Virus record (IMG/VR): IMGVR_UViG_3300017917_002349
Location: 64,001 to 128,000 of that record
Source of the DNA: a virus
Reading direction: 5' to 3' (one strand)
DNA: 64,000 nucleotides
The notes below the pieces were generated by a model that worked only from the letters and a program-made list of their open reading frames with translations, was not told the origin of the DNA and did no database searches. The number at the start of each line of letters is the position of its first letter. The first letter of the stretch is position 1. Positions 30,138 through 39,979 of the stretch are shown piece after piece. A program made the translations under genes and the position numbers.

Positions 30138-31562
30138 ATGATAAAAGATTACGGTTTTGAAGTTCAAAAACTTTATTTAGAATTAATGTTGGCAGATGCA
30201 GAAGTGTTTGTTCGCTGCCAAGGTATTTTTGATCACACATTGTTTGATCGAAAACTACAAGATGCAGCAGAATTTGTCAATGAGTATTCAAAGAAATATT
30301 CTGTGTTGCCTGATTATGAAATGGTCAATTCTACCTGCGCGGTCAGTTTGAAAAAACCCGAAGATGTCAAACATGGACACATGGATTGGCTCATGGACGA
30401 GTTCGAATCGTTTACTAGACACAAGGCTCTAGAACGTGCCATTATTAATTCTGCAGACCTATTAGAAAAACATGATTACGGTCAAGTAGAGACCATGATT
30501 AAAGAAGCTGTTCAAATTGGTCTCGCCAAAGACATGGGCACAGATTATTTCGCAGATCCTAGAGCAAGATTAATGCGCATCAAAGACAAAAATGGTCAGA
30601 TCAGCACAGGTTGGCCTAGTCTTGATCGCAGATTATTTGGAGGAATGAACCGTGGCGAGCTTAATATTTTTGCTGGTGGTAGTGGTGCAGGTAAATCGTT
30701 GTTCCTTGCCAACTTGGGTGTTAACTGGGCATTGCAGGGGCTCAATGTTGTCTATCTAACCTTAGAACTTTCAGAAGATCTAGTATGTATGCGTGTAGAC
30801 GCAATGACTACGGGTATATCAACTAAAGAAATTTTTAAAGAATTAGATGACCTAGAAATGAAGGTCAAGATAATCGGTAAAAAATCCGGAGCCTTTCAAG
30901 TCAAATATATGCCGTCTGGCAAGACCTGTAATGATCTTCGAGCCTATCTAAAAGAATTTGAAATCAAAACAGGAAGAAAGGTAGATGTTCTATTAGTCGA
31001 TTACCTAGATCTATTAATGCCTATCAGTAGAAAAATTAGTCCAGCAGACTTATTCATTAAAGACAAATATGTATCTGAAGAGTTAAGAAATTTAGCTGTA
31101 GAACGTCAATGTATATTAGTAACTGCATCACAGTTAAATCGTGGTGCAGTTGAAGAAGTAGAATTCGACCATAGCCATATTTCGGGTGGTTTATCTAAGA
31201 TTCAAACTGCTGATAACGTGTTTGGTATCTTCACTAGTCGTGCTATGCGTGAACGTGGCAGATATCAGATACAGCTAATGAAGACTCGTTCAAGCAGCGG
31301 AGTTGGACAAAAAGTTGATCTAGAATTTAATCTAGAAACCTTGAAAATTTCAGATCTCCCTGAAGACGAACAAGAAAGTCATAATGGTGCTGGCCGAGGC
31401 GGGTCTAGTATTATTGACCAAATCAAACGTAAAACAGAGGTACAGCGTGAGGAACCATCAGACGGTAGTCCTGCTCCAAAGGTAAGAGCCCATGTAGAAA
31501 GTACCAAATTACGTGAGATTCTTAGCAACATGGGCGGAGACGATGAAGACGCACCGTTTTGA
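30138..31562 (+). CDS. Replicative DNA helicase (gp41/DnaB-like)
   Basis: GGSGAGKS, TLELS, VDYLDL, TASQLNR, MKTR. Confidence 0.94.
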   Translation: MIKDYGFEVQKLYLELMLADAEVFVRCQGIFDHTLFDRKLQDAAEFVNEYSKKYSVLPDYEMVNSTCAVSLKKPEDVKHGHMDWLMDEFESFTRHKALERAIINSADLLEKHDYGQVETMIKEAVQIGLAKDMGTDYFADPRARLMRIKDKNGQISTGWPSLDRRLFGGMNRGELNIFAGGSGAGKSLFLANLGVNWALQGLNVVYLTLELSEDLVCMRVDAMTTGISTKEIFKELDDLEMKVKIIGKKSGAFQVKYMPSGKTCNDLRAYLKEFEIKTGRKVDVLLVDYLDLLMPISRKISPADLFIKDKYVSEELRNLAVERQCILVTASQLNRGAVEEVEFDHSHISGGLSKIQTADNVFGIFTSRAMRERGRYQIQLMKTRSSSGVGQKVDLEFNLETLKISDLPEDEQESHNGAGRGGSSIIDQIKRKTEVQREEPSDGSPAPKVRAHVESTKLREILSNMGGDDEDAPF

Positions 31563-31794
31563 AGTAGCTAAATTCTTCCCTGGAGAGGGCGACGGTTCGG
31601 GCAATATCTATATAGATTGGCCTTGTATTCATCGACAAGTTGGAGTAGAACACATCACGTGGATTAAAAATCAAGACCCTCTGGAGTGCCAAATGGTGTT
31701 GGAAACTCGTCCTAGTGATAGCTATACCTATGTAGTAGCAGAAATCTACTCAGATAAATTAGCCACGCTCTACGGATTGTTATGGGCTAAATAA
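31543..31794 (+). CDS. Hypothetical protein
   Basis: GGAG RBS, ATG 31543. Confidence 0.65.
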   Translation: MKTHRFEVAKFFPGEGDGSGNIYIDWPCIHRQVGVEHITWIKNQDPLECQMVLETRPSDSYTYVVAEIYSDKLATLYGLLWAK

Positions 31795-31797
31795 TGG

Positions 31798-32508
31798 ATG
31801 CGTTTAAGAGAACTTAAAGAACGATCCGACATCATTACAATAAATCGTCGCCTTAATCCTAAAATATGGAACGACGATGACCTCAAGCCGGAAGTCAAAT
31901 CCAAGCTCATAGAAATAGCTCGTGCATTCGAAGAATTCGTTGGTATAGAGCTAGAAGTTGAAGATTATACAATAACCGGCTCTAATGCTAATTTTACATG
32001 GACAGAATACAGTGATCTGGACCTACATCTTATTATTCCCGGTACGCCCACCGACGAACAAAGAGAACTTTTCAATGCTAAAAAAGCTCTTTGGAGTGAA
32101 CAGCACGACATCTCCATCAAAGGACTTCCGGTAGAATGTTATGTACAGGGCGAGGATGAACCACACCATTCTACAGGCGTTTATTCTCTTACTAAAAACG
32201 GTTGGTTAGTAGAACCTAAAAAAGTAAAGCCTCAAATAGACGATGCCAGCATAGAAGCAAAAAAAGATGCGTTGCTGGCTCAAATTGAACATGCCATGCT
32301 CAGTAGAGATCTAGACAAACTTCGTACAGTCAAAGATAAAATAACTCAGATGCGTCGGGCAGGTCTAGAAAGAGCGGGAGAATGGTCGGTAGAAAATCTA
32401 GTGTTTAAAATCTTGCGCAATCTAGGACTCATAGATCAAATCACAGAAAAAATAAGAGAGCTGGAAGATTCCGAGCTCTCTTTAGAACAATCTAACGTTT
32501 TAGATTAA
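31798..32508 (+). CDS. Pol-beta-superfamily nucleotidyltransferase
   Basis: GS-x9-DLD signature plus distal acidic residue; TAAATA box upstream. Confidence 0.8.
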   Translation: MRLRELKERSDIITINRRLNPKIWNDDDLKPEVKSKLIEIARAFEEFVGIELEVEDYTITGSNANFTWTEYSDLDLHLIIPGTPTDEQRELFNAKKALWSEQHDISIKGLPVECYVQGEDEPHHSTGVYSLTKNGWLVEPKKVKPQIDDASIEAKKDALLAQIEHAMLSRDLDKLRTVKDKITQMRRAGLERAGEWSVENLVFKILRNLGLIDQITEKIRELEDSELSLEQSNVLD

Positions 32509-33191
32509 TCTTTCTTTTCGCCAAATAACTGTAGAAGATTTAGGAATAGATTGATAAAGTCCATATACAGTGTCAACGCACCCATAATCTCAACACTGTC
32601 AGAAGTTTCAGTAGAAACCATCTCTCTAATCTGTTGTGTGTCATAGGCAGTAAGTCCTAGGAATATTAGAATAGCGATTGCTGAAATCACCATCTGCATC
32701 ACTGTAGAACCGATGAAGATATTAACGATACTGGCAATGATAATAGCAATCAAGCCAACAAATAGTAAACTACCTAAACCGCTGAGATCCTTTTTGGTAA
32801 AGTAGCCATAGCCGCTCATCACACCAAATAGAATCGCACCGCCCATAAAAGCCGATACGATAGAACCCATATTGTAAATCACAAAGATTGTAGCAAAGCT
32901 CAGCCCCATTAGTGCGGCAAAACCATGTAGACATAACTGTGCCGTGGATTTTGAAGGTTGGTTAGATAGTACATAGGTCACACCAAAAATTGCAGCCAGT
33001 GGTGCAAAGATCACTATCCATTTCATTATACCTGTGAAAAAGAATGCCATAAGTTCAGCATTGGTGCCTACGAAGAAACTGACCAACATGCTGATCAGCA
33101 CAGCAAGTCCCATATGACCGTAGACACGGCCCATGGCTGAATTAATTTCTTCGGCTGAACGATAGGTCATACCGTAGGTTGTATCAAACAT
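32505..33191 (-). CDS. Bax inhibitor-1/YccA family membrane protein
   Basis: Seven hydrophobic segments, AYDTQ, ALTLYMDFINLF; promoter TTGACA-17-TATAAT at 33222-33250. Confidence 0.93.
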   Translation of the reverse strand: MFDTTYGMTYRSAEEINSAMGRVYGHMGLAVLISMLVSFFVGTNAELMAFFFTGIMKWIVIFAPLAAIFGVTYVLSNQPSKSTAQLCLHGFAALMGLSFATIFVIYNMGSIVSAFMGGAILFGVMSGYGYFTKKDLSGLGSLLFVGLIAIIIASIVNIFIGSTVMQMVISAIAILIFLGLTAYDTQQIREMVSTETSDSVEIMGALTLYMDFINLFLNLLQLFGEKKD

Positions 33192-33321
33192 TTTGAACTC
33201 CTTGAAGTTGATTGTTTTTATATTATAGTGTAAAATATTTACTATGTCAAGTCTTTAATTATTCTAAAAACGGATTTTTTAAGGCAAAATAATAAATACG
33301 CATATAATAAGGTTCAAAAAA

Positions 33322-33756
33322 ATGTTGCACATCATCGATAATCTACAAGATACACTTTTATCGCTAATCAAAGACGATCCTGTCCGTCCAGAAATTCCAG
33401 TGGATTTCAGGGTGGACGAACACGGAAAAATCTTTGTTTTGAAAAATGAAGAAGGTCAACCTCTGGCTGTGACCTGTGTAAAATTTCTAGCAGACATTCC
33501 CCAAAATGTCGAAGACCTTACCACATTGGCTGTGAATTCAAATACTGCTGTGTTCTATACTATTTGGAGTTATGCTGCTGGTGCTGGTCGCGATTTGATC
33601 GGTGAAGCCCAATCTTGGATCAAGAGTAATCGACCAGAAGTTAATACCTATGTCACTCTAAGTCCCAAGACCGAAATGGCTCGTAAGTTCCATCACAAAA
33701 ATGGTGCTACGACCTTTAGAGAAAATCCGGATACTGTTAATTATCTTTATCAGTAA
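33322..33756 (+). CDS. GNAT-fold-like hypothetical protein
   Basis: YTIWSY..GAGR, TLSP, ARKFH.KNGA. Confidence 0.6.
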   Translation: MLHIIDNLQDTLLSLIKDDPVRPEIPVDFRVDEHGKIFVLKNEEGQPLAVTCVKFLADIPQNVEDLTTLAVNSNTAVFYTIWSYAAGAGRDLIGEAQSWIKSNRPEVNTYVTLSPKTEMARKFHHKNGATTFRENPDTVNYLYQ

Positions 33757-34630
33757 ATAGATCTATGCCAACTCTACGCTTCCAAGGCAGTATAGTGCCT
33801 TGGTTGTGTATATTTTCAAAATAGAATTTTACCGCCACAGGATTTAATTCGGCTTTGATAAAATCAATGTCGTCAAACCATTTAGTATGAATGAGATCCG
33901 TGGAGTATCCTTGGCTAAGATCTACAGGTACTTTATTAACAAAATAATCTACTAATCTGCTGCTGAGTATGTCGTGATTGCTGAGACACATATGATTGTA
34001 TCTACAGTCATAGCCTTTGAAATATCCTGAACCGTTAGCTTCGTACTGCTCAAATACCCAATCTTTGTCACGATATTCACCCCACTGTATTTCTACCAAT
34101 GATCCCTGCGCCCAATCGAGATCAGGCCATTGTGTACAGGGGTGTACAGAATCATCAAAAGCACGGATCATCAAAGGTGCTCTTAGATTTTTTATCCTAG
34201 TTTGATAGGCTATCAAAGCTAGTCTACTCACAGTCTGTAGGTGATCTAGGGCAGGGCGTTGGATATGTTTGAGATACAATTCTGCTGCGCGAGCACGATC
34301 TTTGCCCACCTGCCGATCTAGATCTATGATATTCCAATTAGTCAGGGTAGGTTGATCTTCAAAATACCAATACCTAGCGGCACTGGTCAAAACTATGATC
34401 ACATAGTCTTGCGGCATGATCTGATCCACAAAACTCATATAACTGTTCAAGGTCCAATCCTGTGAACAGCCTATGAGACTATAGTTGAACAATTCAATGG
34501 GATGGCCTATGCTCTTACTCAAACGGTGAGCGGTCTGTCTAGTCCAGCTTCGAGCGGAATCTTTAGAGGGATCGCAGATGCCAAAGCTGTCTGCGAATAC
34601 CCATAGTCTTGTGGTAGTGCGAGAGTCCAT
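33737..34630 (-). CDS. SGNH-hydrolase-like hypothetical protein
   Basis: FADSF and C-terminal NH motif. Confidence 0.55.
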   Translation of the reverse strand: MDSRTTTRLWVFADSFGICDPSKDSARSWTRQTAHRLSKSIGHPIELFNYSLIGCSQDWTLNSYMSFVDQIMPQDYVIIVLTSAARYWYFEDQPTLTNWNIIDLDRQVGKDRARAAELYLKHIQRPALDHLQTVSRLALIAYQTRIKNLRAPLMIRAFDDSVHPCTQWPDLDWAQGSLVEIQWGEYRDKDWVFEQYEANGSGYFKGYDCRYNHMCLSNHDILSSRLVDYFVNKVPVDLSQGYSTDLIHTKWFDDIDFIKAELNPVAVKFYFENIHNQGTILPWKRRVGIDLFTDKDN

Positions 34631-34667
34631 GACTGTATATATCTGTCATGGATCAGTGAAGTTTAGA

Positions 34668-34856
34668 TTATTGACTTACGGTATAGGTACTGACCTCAGC
34701 TGACCATTGATCTGTACCGCGCTGCTGCATCTGGGCCGCAAACGCCTGTGCCAATCGCCAAGCCTCTGACTGATCAGTGATATGTCTGCTGAGATCTTGA
34801 CGCTGTACACGTACATGAGTAGTGAGATTACGTGCCATAACTTTATATGCTTGCAT
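34668..34856 (-). CDS. Hypothetical protein
   Basis: AGGAG RBS and TAAATA box upstream. Confidence 0.7.
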   Translation of the reverse strand: MQAYKVMARNLTTHVRVQRQDLSRHITDQSEAWRLAQAFAAQMQQRGTDQWSAEVSTYTVSQ

Positions 34857-34876
34857 AGCCTGCTCCTGTTACGTAT

Positions 34877-35518
34877 TTATTCAGTTTTGTTTTTTGGCTC
34901 GGCTATAAAGTTATAGATCACACAGAATCTCTGAGATGCTGTTTTGGGTCTGCCCGTGGTTCTCCAATGCGTACCGTCGAAATCGTACCAGGTATTAGCC
35001 TGAGCCGCTAGTTCGAATGCAGTGTCAAATGTTTCGGGTATTTCCCATTCTTGTAGCCACGATCTCTGTTGATATACTGTGGTTGGGGTATCGCTGGTTT
35101 CTGGAAAATACAATCCAGTCTGATGCGGGCCAACTAGATCGATATGAGGTCTGCTGTGATCCGATTCTGTGGGCAGGCTGTTGACTATGCGGATCTTGAA
35201 CAGCACACCCAAGCGCCTGTCTGTGCGATCCAAGGCAGTTAATAAAGGTACTACTAGAAAATTATAGAGTTCGCTCTGTTCAAAGTCGTTGTCATATACC
35301 AAATGGGTGAATTGATTCCAGTCATAGAGTCTGATGTCCTTGCAGCGTTCCGGTCCGAAATATCCATAATTGATGCAGGGATCAGTCACAACATGGCGAT
35401 AAAAGTCCGAGACTTCCTCTGTTAACAGATCGTCGACCTGATGTAGTTTTGGAATAATTTTTAGATCGCTGTGTTTTCTAGGTTCTCCCGGAACGGGCAT
35501 GGGCATAAAATCAGTCAT
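34877..35518 (-). CDS. Putative 2OG-Fe(II) oxygenase
   Basis: PHID, FDGTHW, R..I.YN. Confidence 0.65.
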   Translation of the reverse strand: MTDFMPMPVPGEPRKHSDLKIIPKLHQVDDLLTEEVSDFYRHVVTDPCINYGYFGPERCKDIRLYDWNQFTHLVYDNDFEQSELYNFLVVPLLTALDRTDRRLGVLFKIRIVNSLPTESDHSRPHIDLVGPHQTGLYFPETSDTPTTVYQQRSWLQEWEIPETFDTAFELAAQANTWYDFDGTHWRTTGRPKTASQRFCVIYNFIAEPKNKTE

Positions 35519-35533
35519 AGTATCTCCTTGTCT

Positions 35534-35551
35534 TTTACTTAGCTAAGTAAA
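35534..35551. promoter_or_regulatory. Back-to-back divergent late-type promoters
   Basis: Perfect palindrome TTTACTTAGCTAAGTAAA places TAAGTA on each strand between divergent genes. Confidence 0.55.
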
Positions 35552-35554
35552 TTC

Positions 35555-36163
35555 ATGCAAGCACAGATTTTAGATTTGTTTCCTACCGCGGTGGTGCGCT
35601 ACAGCATAGACCCAGACCAATGGCGGGATCAACTACAGCAGCAGGTCATGGAACACACTGGCAGTCACAGTTATTCTGTGAATACCCACATACTGGATCT
35701 TTTTCCTGATTTGGCCAAGGATTTTCTGCTGTGTCTCAACGACTATGCAGCCAATGTATTGGCTCTGAGCGAACCACAGAGCCTACAGACCAGTTGGCTG
35801 AACCATAGCCAAGGCACAGACTATACACATGAACACATGCACAGCAATGCAGTATTGGCCTGTTGTTGGTATATTGATCTACCTCAGGGTCGAGATCGCA
35901 TAAGATTCCATAAACCAGACAGCAGAGCTTGGGGAGTATGGAGCATGATGTTTGACCTAGATCCTCAACGCCAACAGCGCAGTCCCTATGCCAAGAACAC
36001 CGTGGAACTGTCAGTGACCAATGGGGATCTGTTGGTTTGGCCCGCATGGTTGCTGCACAGCGTACCCGAGATGGGCCAACCGGGTCACAGATGGAGTCTG
36101 GCTGCTAATACCATGCCTCAATCAGGTTGGGGACGAGGACTACATGAATATAGAAATGATTAG
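35555..36163 (+). CDS. 2OG-Fe(II) oxygenase (TIGR02466-like)
   Basis: SWLN, HEHMH, WPAWLLHSV, RWSLAAN. Confidence 0.85.
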   Translation: MQAQILDLFPTAVVRYSIDPDQWRDQLQQQVMEHTGSHSYSVNTHILDLFPDLAKDFLLCLNDYAANVLALSEPQSLQTSWLNHSQGTDYTHEHMHSNAVLACCWYIDLPQGRDRIRFHKPDSRAWGVWSMMFDLDPQRQQRSPYAKNTVELSVTNGDLLVWPAWLLHSVPEMGQPGHRWSLAANTMPQSGWGRGLHEYRND

Positions 36164-36671
36164 GCACGAGGATCAATGGTGCATCCATGGCCATATAGAC
36201 CTAGATCCGCAATGGCGCATCATGTTCAGAAACCCCACTAGGAACTATGCTGATCTAACCAAAACGCATGGTGGGCTACAGTGGGAACCCGCACCGATCT
36301 ACGGCCTTTCTCGCTTGGATCGTCTAGCACAACGGCTGCTGAACCAAGCGGGCATCGCTAGGACCATAACCGCAGTTTGGAAGTCTTGGTGCATTGACTA
36401 TGCACCGGGAGGTTATCAGGATCCGCATCAGCACGGCTCGGCCCTGATAACCAGTGTGTTGTATTTTGATCAGGACAGTTCAGAGACCATACTACAGATA
36501 GGCCAGCGTGAACTAAAATTCAGCAGCACGCCTGGCAGATTCATCTTGTTTGACGGATTGACCACGCACTGGGGCACGCCTGTGCAGGTCCGCAAGCGAG
36601 TCTTGGTCACTGACTGGGAATATCGAGAATTCACAGCCGAAATCCAAACCAATAGATCAGACCAGGTATGA
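36144..36671 (+). CDS. 2OG-Fe(II) oxygenase
   Basis: YQDPHQH, SVLYF, FDG..HW, RVLV; start moved to 36144. Confidence 0.75.
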   Translation: MNIEMIRHEDQWCIHGHIDLDPQWRIMFRNPTRNYADLTKTHGGLQWEPAPIYGLSRLDRLAQRLLNQAGIARTITAVWKSWCIDYAPGGYQDPHQHGSALITSVLYFDQDSSETILQIGQRELKFSSTPGRFILFDGLTTHWGTPVQVRKRVLVTDWEYREFTAEIQTNRSDQV

Positions 36672-36864
36672 TGATAAAGAACTGTGGCAGGAAGTTCATG
36701 ATCAGAGCACGTTCCCGCCAACGATAGCCCACATAGACCCACCCCGAAGCACCTGCCAGTTGCAGCAGGCTATTCCAGGGCGTCCAGCCCATGACATGGA
36801 ATACCATGGCCACGGTTATGATTAGAGCACTGATCCATTTGATCCACCACACATGATCTCTCAT
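36631..36864 (-). CDS. Small three-TM membrane protein (DUF6552-like)
   Basis: IKW, PWN, W.ERALI.N. Confidence 0.7.
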   Translation of the reverse strand: MRDHVWWIKWISALIITVAMVFHVMGWTPWNSLLQLAGASGWVYVGYRWRERALIMNFLPQFFIIIPGLIYWFGFRL

Positions 36865-37544
36865 CTGTGGGAGCCCAATCTCTGGCTTCTCGTGGGAGCG
36901 CAGCCTGCCAAGGTGATGTCATCTAGCCAGTAGTGATCTATGCTCTGCACATACTTGTGATTGGCATCCTTGTCTATGAAACGGAAGATCCTAGGATCGT
37001 CCCAGGCTATGGGAAAGTCTAGTATGCGGCTGACCCAGCGTAGATAGTGTTCACGATGCAGGAAGAATGCTTCGTGATCCAAGAAATGATAGTCTAGGCC
37101 CGAAGGGATCAGGGTATTGTAATAGTAGTCCTGTGCTATGGGGGTGGTATGTTCACCCCGCACACGCTGCTGTTGCACACGATTGATATTTTGATCCCTA
37201 ACGATCATGGCCACAGATACTCTTACTCCCAGGCTCTGGGCCCGCTCTGCTACTTCTAGGATTTTAGGCACGTATCTCACACCGTCGAAGAAAAATGGAC
37301 AGCTGACATTGGCCAGATGGTACTGGCTGCCCTCAAAGGTCTCGGGGGTCAACAGTTCGGGACGCAGCCAGTATTCTGCAAAGGGTTCTTGATCGCTGGG
37401 CACCCAATATTCTTCCAGCAGAGCATCCCAGCCCTGTACCTCGGGGCTCAGGCTCAACAGCCTTGAAAACAGGTGATTGCCCGAGCCCTGCGGTCCCGTT
37501 ACTATCAGCAGTCGTTTATCTTGTGTATCTCTGTTGTCCAACAT
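36861..37544 (-). CDS. Sulfotransferase-like P-loop protein
   Basis: TGPQGSGNH, IVRD. Confidence 0.6.
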   Translation of the reverse strand: MLDNRDTQDKRLLIVTGPQGSGNHLFSRLLSLSPEVQGWDALLEEYWVPSDQEPFAEYWLRPELLTPETFEGSQYHLANVSCPFFFDGVRYVPKILEVAERAQSLGVRVSVAMIVRDQNINRVQQQRVRGEHTTPIAQDYYYNTLIPSGLDYHFLDHEAFFLHREHYLRWVSRILDFPIAWDDPRIFRFIDKDANHKYVQSIDHYWLDDITLAGCAPTRSQRLGSHR

Positions 37545-38175
37545 AGGTTCTTACTTTCAATGGGTTGATGTCGTCTGTGGGCCCCGTACCAGAATCTGGA
37601 GCGAACACAAACAGGATCACAGCTGAATCATCTGTGATAAAGTTATGTAGCTCGTTTCTGCGCATGTAGAAAATTTCTCCTTCACGCACAGCATAGAACT
37701 CATTGTTGTCCAGCTCAACACGTCCCTGGCCTCGCAGGACCATGCCTACCCTATGGCTGGGATGTGTGTGCAGGGTCTGGTACATGTGTGGGGGAAAATG
37801 TACGTAGTTAATCACAGGGTCGCCCAATCTTCCAGGGTTGATGGCCGTGGTATTGGTGCCTCCGTCCATGTATGAAAGATTGCCCTGATCCAAGGTGTCC
37901 TGCACATAGTAGCGGCTTTCAAGACAGTGCAGTCCTGGATACTCTATCACACAGGCCGTGCCTGCGTCTGTGTTGATGGTAAACTCATGGTTCACAGCCA
38001 GGGCCGCTGCCACAGTGGTGAATTGGGCTGTGCTGCTGGTGTAGCTGCTGTGATTCAGCATGACATAGTATGTGCCTTCAGTGGCAGCAAAGGTCTGTGT
38101 AGACTGAGTGGGTACGTGTGTGATGGTCAATGGCCATCGATCTAGAAATTTCTGTCGTCCTTGTATATTGATCAT
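37516..38175 (-). CDS. Cupin-domain protein
   Basis: HTHPSHRVG and ELHNF. Confidence 0.8.
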   Translation of the reverse strand: MINIQGRQKFLDRWPLTITHVPTQSTQTFAATEGTYYVMLNHSSYTSSTAQFTTVAAALAVNHEFTINTDAGTACVIEYPGLHCLESRYYVQDTLDQGNLSYMDGGTNTTAINPGRLGDPVINYVHFPPHMYQTLHTHPSHRVGMVLRGQGRVELDNNEFYAVREGEIFYMRRNELHNFITDDSAVILFVFAPDSGTGPTDDINPLKVRTYVGQQRYTR

Positions 38176-38190
38176 AGCTGGTCTCGTAGG

Positions 38191-38220
38191 AAAAAAAAGC
38201 GAGTGGGATTAGCACTCGCT
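38191..38220 (-). terminator. Intrinsic terminator after the ferritin-like gene
   Basis: AGCGAGTG-CTAATCC-CACTCGCT plus T-tract on the minus strand. Confidence 0.8.
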
Positions 38221-38237
38221 CTCTGTGGGGGTTGGGA

Positions 38238-38936
38238 TTACCAACCGTAGGCGTCTGCGACCAATGCACGGCCGCTTTCTGAAGCCACTGTGTTACGGCA
38301 GCTGATGTCGTAGAGATCACGACGCATACGTGCAGCCAAGGCCTGCGCACGATCTGCATCTTCCTGGGTCTTGATCAACTGCTCTAGCTTGCGAGCGCCG
38401 ATGTTGGCATGGAAGCCTTCATCACGAGCGATCTTGGCATAGGTTGTGCTGATGAACTCATCATCAACGCAGCGAGCCATTTCATCCCAGACTGCTTCTG
38501 CACGACCTTCTGCTACCAACTGATAGGCAGCCAGTGCGATGGCATCTGTGTCTGCACCGTACTGAGCCAATAGACCCGCACCCTTGGCAGTGGGACGAGC
38601 TGCTTCAGCGCGGATAGCTGCATCAACGTCTAGATCTTGACCAGTGATGTGCTCGATGACTTCCTTGACCATACGGAAATGATTGGCTTCATCGTGAGCC
38701 TGCTTGGTTAATAGCTGTAGTTCTTCTACAGGTGTGTCAGAGGGCAACTGTGCGATGGTCTGGCTGATTTCAACCATGTTCATGCGCTCATTGACCATAC
38801 GACCAATAAAGTGTGTGACTAGTTCTTGTTGAGCTGGCTTAGAATCGAAGTAAGCTCGGACGTTGTGTTGGCTGGCAGCAAACAGAGCTTGGTTATCTCT
38901 GCGGATCTGCTCGACCACTTGGCGTGCTTGTGACAT
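38238..38936 (-). CDS. Ferritin-like diiron-carboxylate protein
   Basis: E..DEANH..E..DEGFH paired ExxH motifs. Confidence 0.85.
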   Translation of the reverse strand: MSQARQVVEQIRRDNQALFAASQHNVRAYFDSKPAQQELVTHFIGRMVNERMNMVEISQTIAQLPSDTPVEELQLLTKQAHDEANHFRMVKEVIEHITGQDLDVDAAIRAEAARPTAKGAGLLAQYGADTDAIALAAYQLVAEGRAEAVWDEMARCVDDEFISTTYAKIARDEGFHANIGARKLEQLIKTQEDADRAQALAARMRRDLYDISCRNTVASESGRALVADAYGW

Positions 38937-39043
38937 TGTGTGTTCTCCTTGAAAAAATTGCTTGGGTGATAAAAAATTCCTGATTTTAGAAAAAATTCGT
39001 TCCTATCACAGAATTATTTATCTTTTAGAAAATTTTTTCAGAA

Positions 39044-39253
39044 TTAATCAAATAAGGTCATTATAACACGAGTTTGTTCGGGCCAGCGCAGTATCCAAAG
39101 ATCTGCTAGTTTGGGCTGTGTGAACAGCAGCCACCAATCTGTGGCCAGATGCAGATGATTGAGACTGCGTGGCCATGCATGCACCAAAGGTTGCCATGAC
39201 ATGATGAGATCTCGCTGGCAGGTGTTGAAGTCTTCAAGGTAGACTAGGAGCAT
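39044..39253 (-). CDS. Hypothetical protein
   Basis: TAAATA box just upstream. Confidence 0.5.
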   Translation of the reverse strand: MLLVYLEDFNTCQRDLIMSWQPLVHAWPRSLNHLHLATDWWLLFTQPKLADLWILRWPEQTRVIMTLFD

Positions 39254-39311
39254 GAGATATTTAATCTAAATCCGTGGTTATACCATTTAACTATCCCCCA
39301 ACAAATATAAT

Positions 39312-39956
39312 TTAATTTTTTCTAAATACGATCCAATCAAATTTATCAATGACTTCTACCAATGTATAGTCATATTGTGAAACAACTAAATCGCATACCA
39401 TTTTTACTTGTGGTGTATTTCTTTGAATAATACTACTATTTCTATATCTAGGGACATCTAATATTGCAGGACCTAAACTAACAATACTTTTTGTTATTGT
39501 CCAAGTTAAATCATCAAAGACTATTATACCACCACTTTTTATCATTATGTTAGATAACACAAATGCTATTAGTGTAGACTCGAACGTATGCCCGCCATCT
39601 ATATAACAGAAATCAAACTTCTCAGCATCTGCTTTAATTAAGTTTGCTAAATCCCACGAATAGCCTTCTCTACTAACTATTGGGTTAATATAATTTTCTA
39701 ATGAAAATTCTTGCATTAGATCATTAATGTTAGGAACAAGTTTATTTGAAAGTAGGTCAAATGTTGTTAGTTTTCCAACACCTTGCTCCTCGAGGATAGC
39801 ACCTAGATAAACAGAACTTTTTCCATGAAAATGTCCTAGTTCACAAAGATTTTTAAATTTGTTCTGATGTATTAAATCTCGTAGATACAGGGCCTGCTCG
39901 TGTCTCATATAGGGCAGATCTTTATATTTTTCAGTTATAGCATTTATTTTATACAT
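39312..39956 (-). CDS. Class I SAM-dependent methyltransferase (AT-rich gene)
   Basis: ELGHFHGKS, FDFCYIDGGH, GGIIVFDD. Confidence 0.85.
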   Translation of the reverse strand: MYKINAITEKYKDLPYMRHEQALYLRDLIHQNKFKNLCELGHFHGKSSVYLGAILEEQGVGKLTTFDLLSNKLVPNINDLMQEFSLENYINPIVSREGYSWDLANLIKADAEKFDFCYIDGGHTFESTLIAFVLSNIMIKSGGIIVFDDLTWTITKSIVSLGPAILDVPRYRNSSIIQRNTPQVKMVCDLVVSQYDYTLVEVIDKFDWIVFRKN

Positions 39957-39979
39957 ACTAATTAATTAGTCAATAAAAT

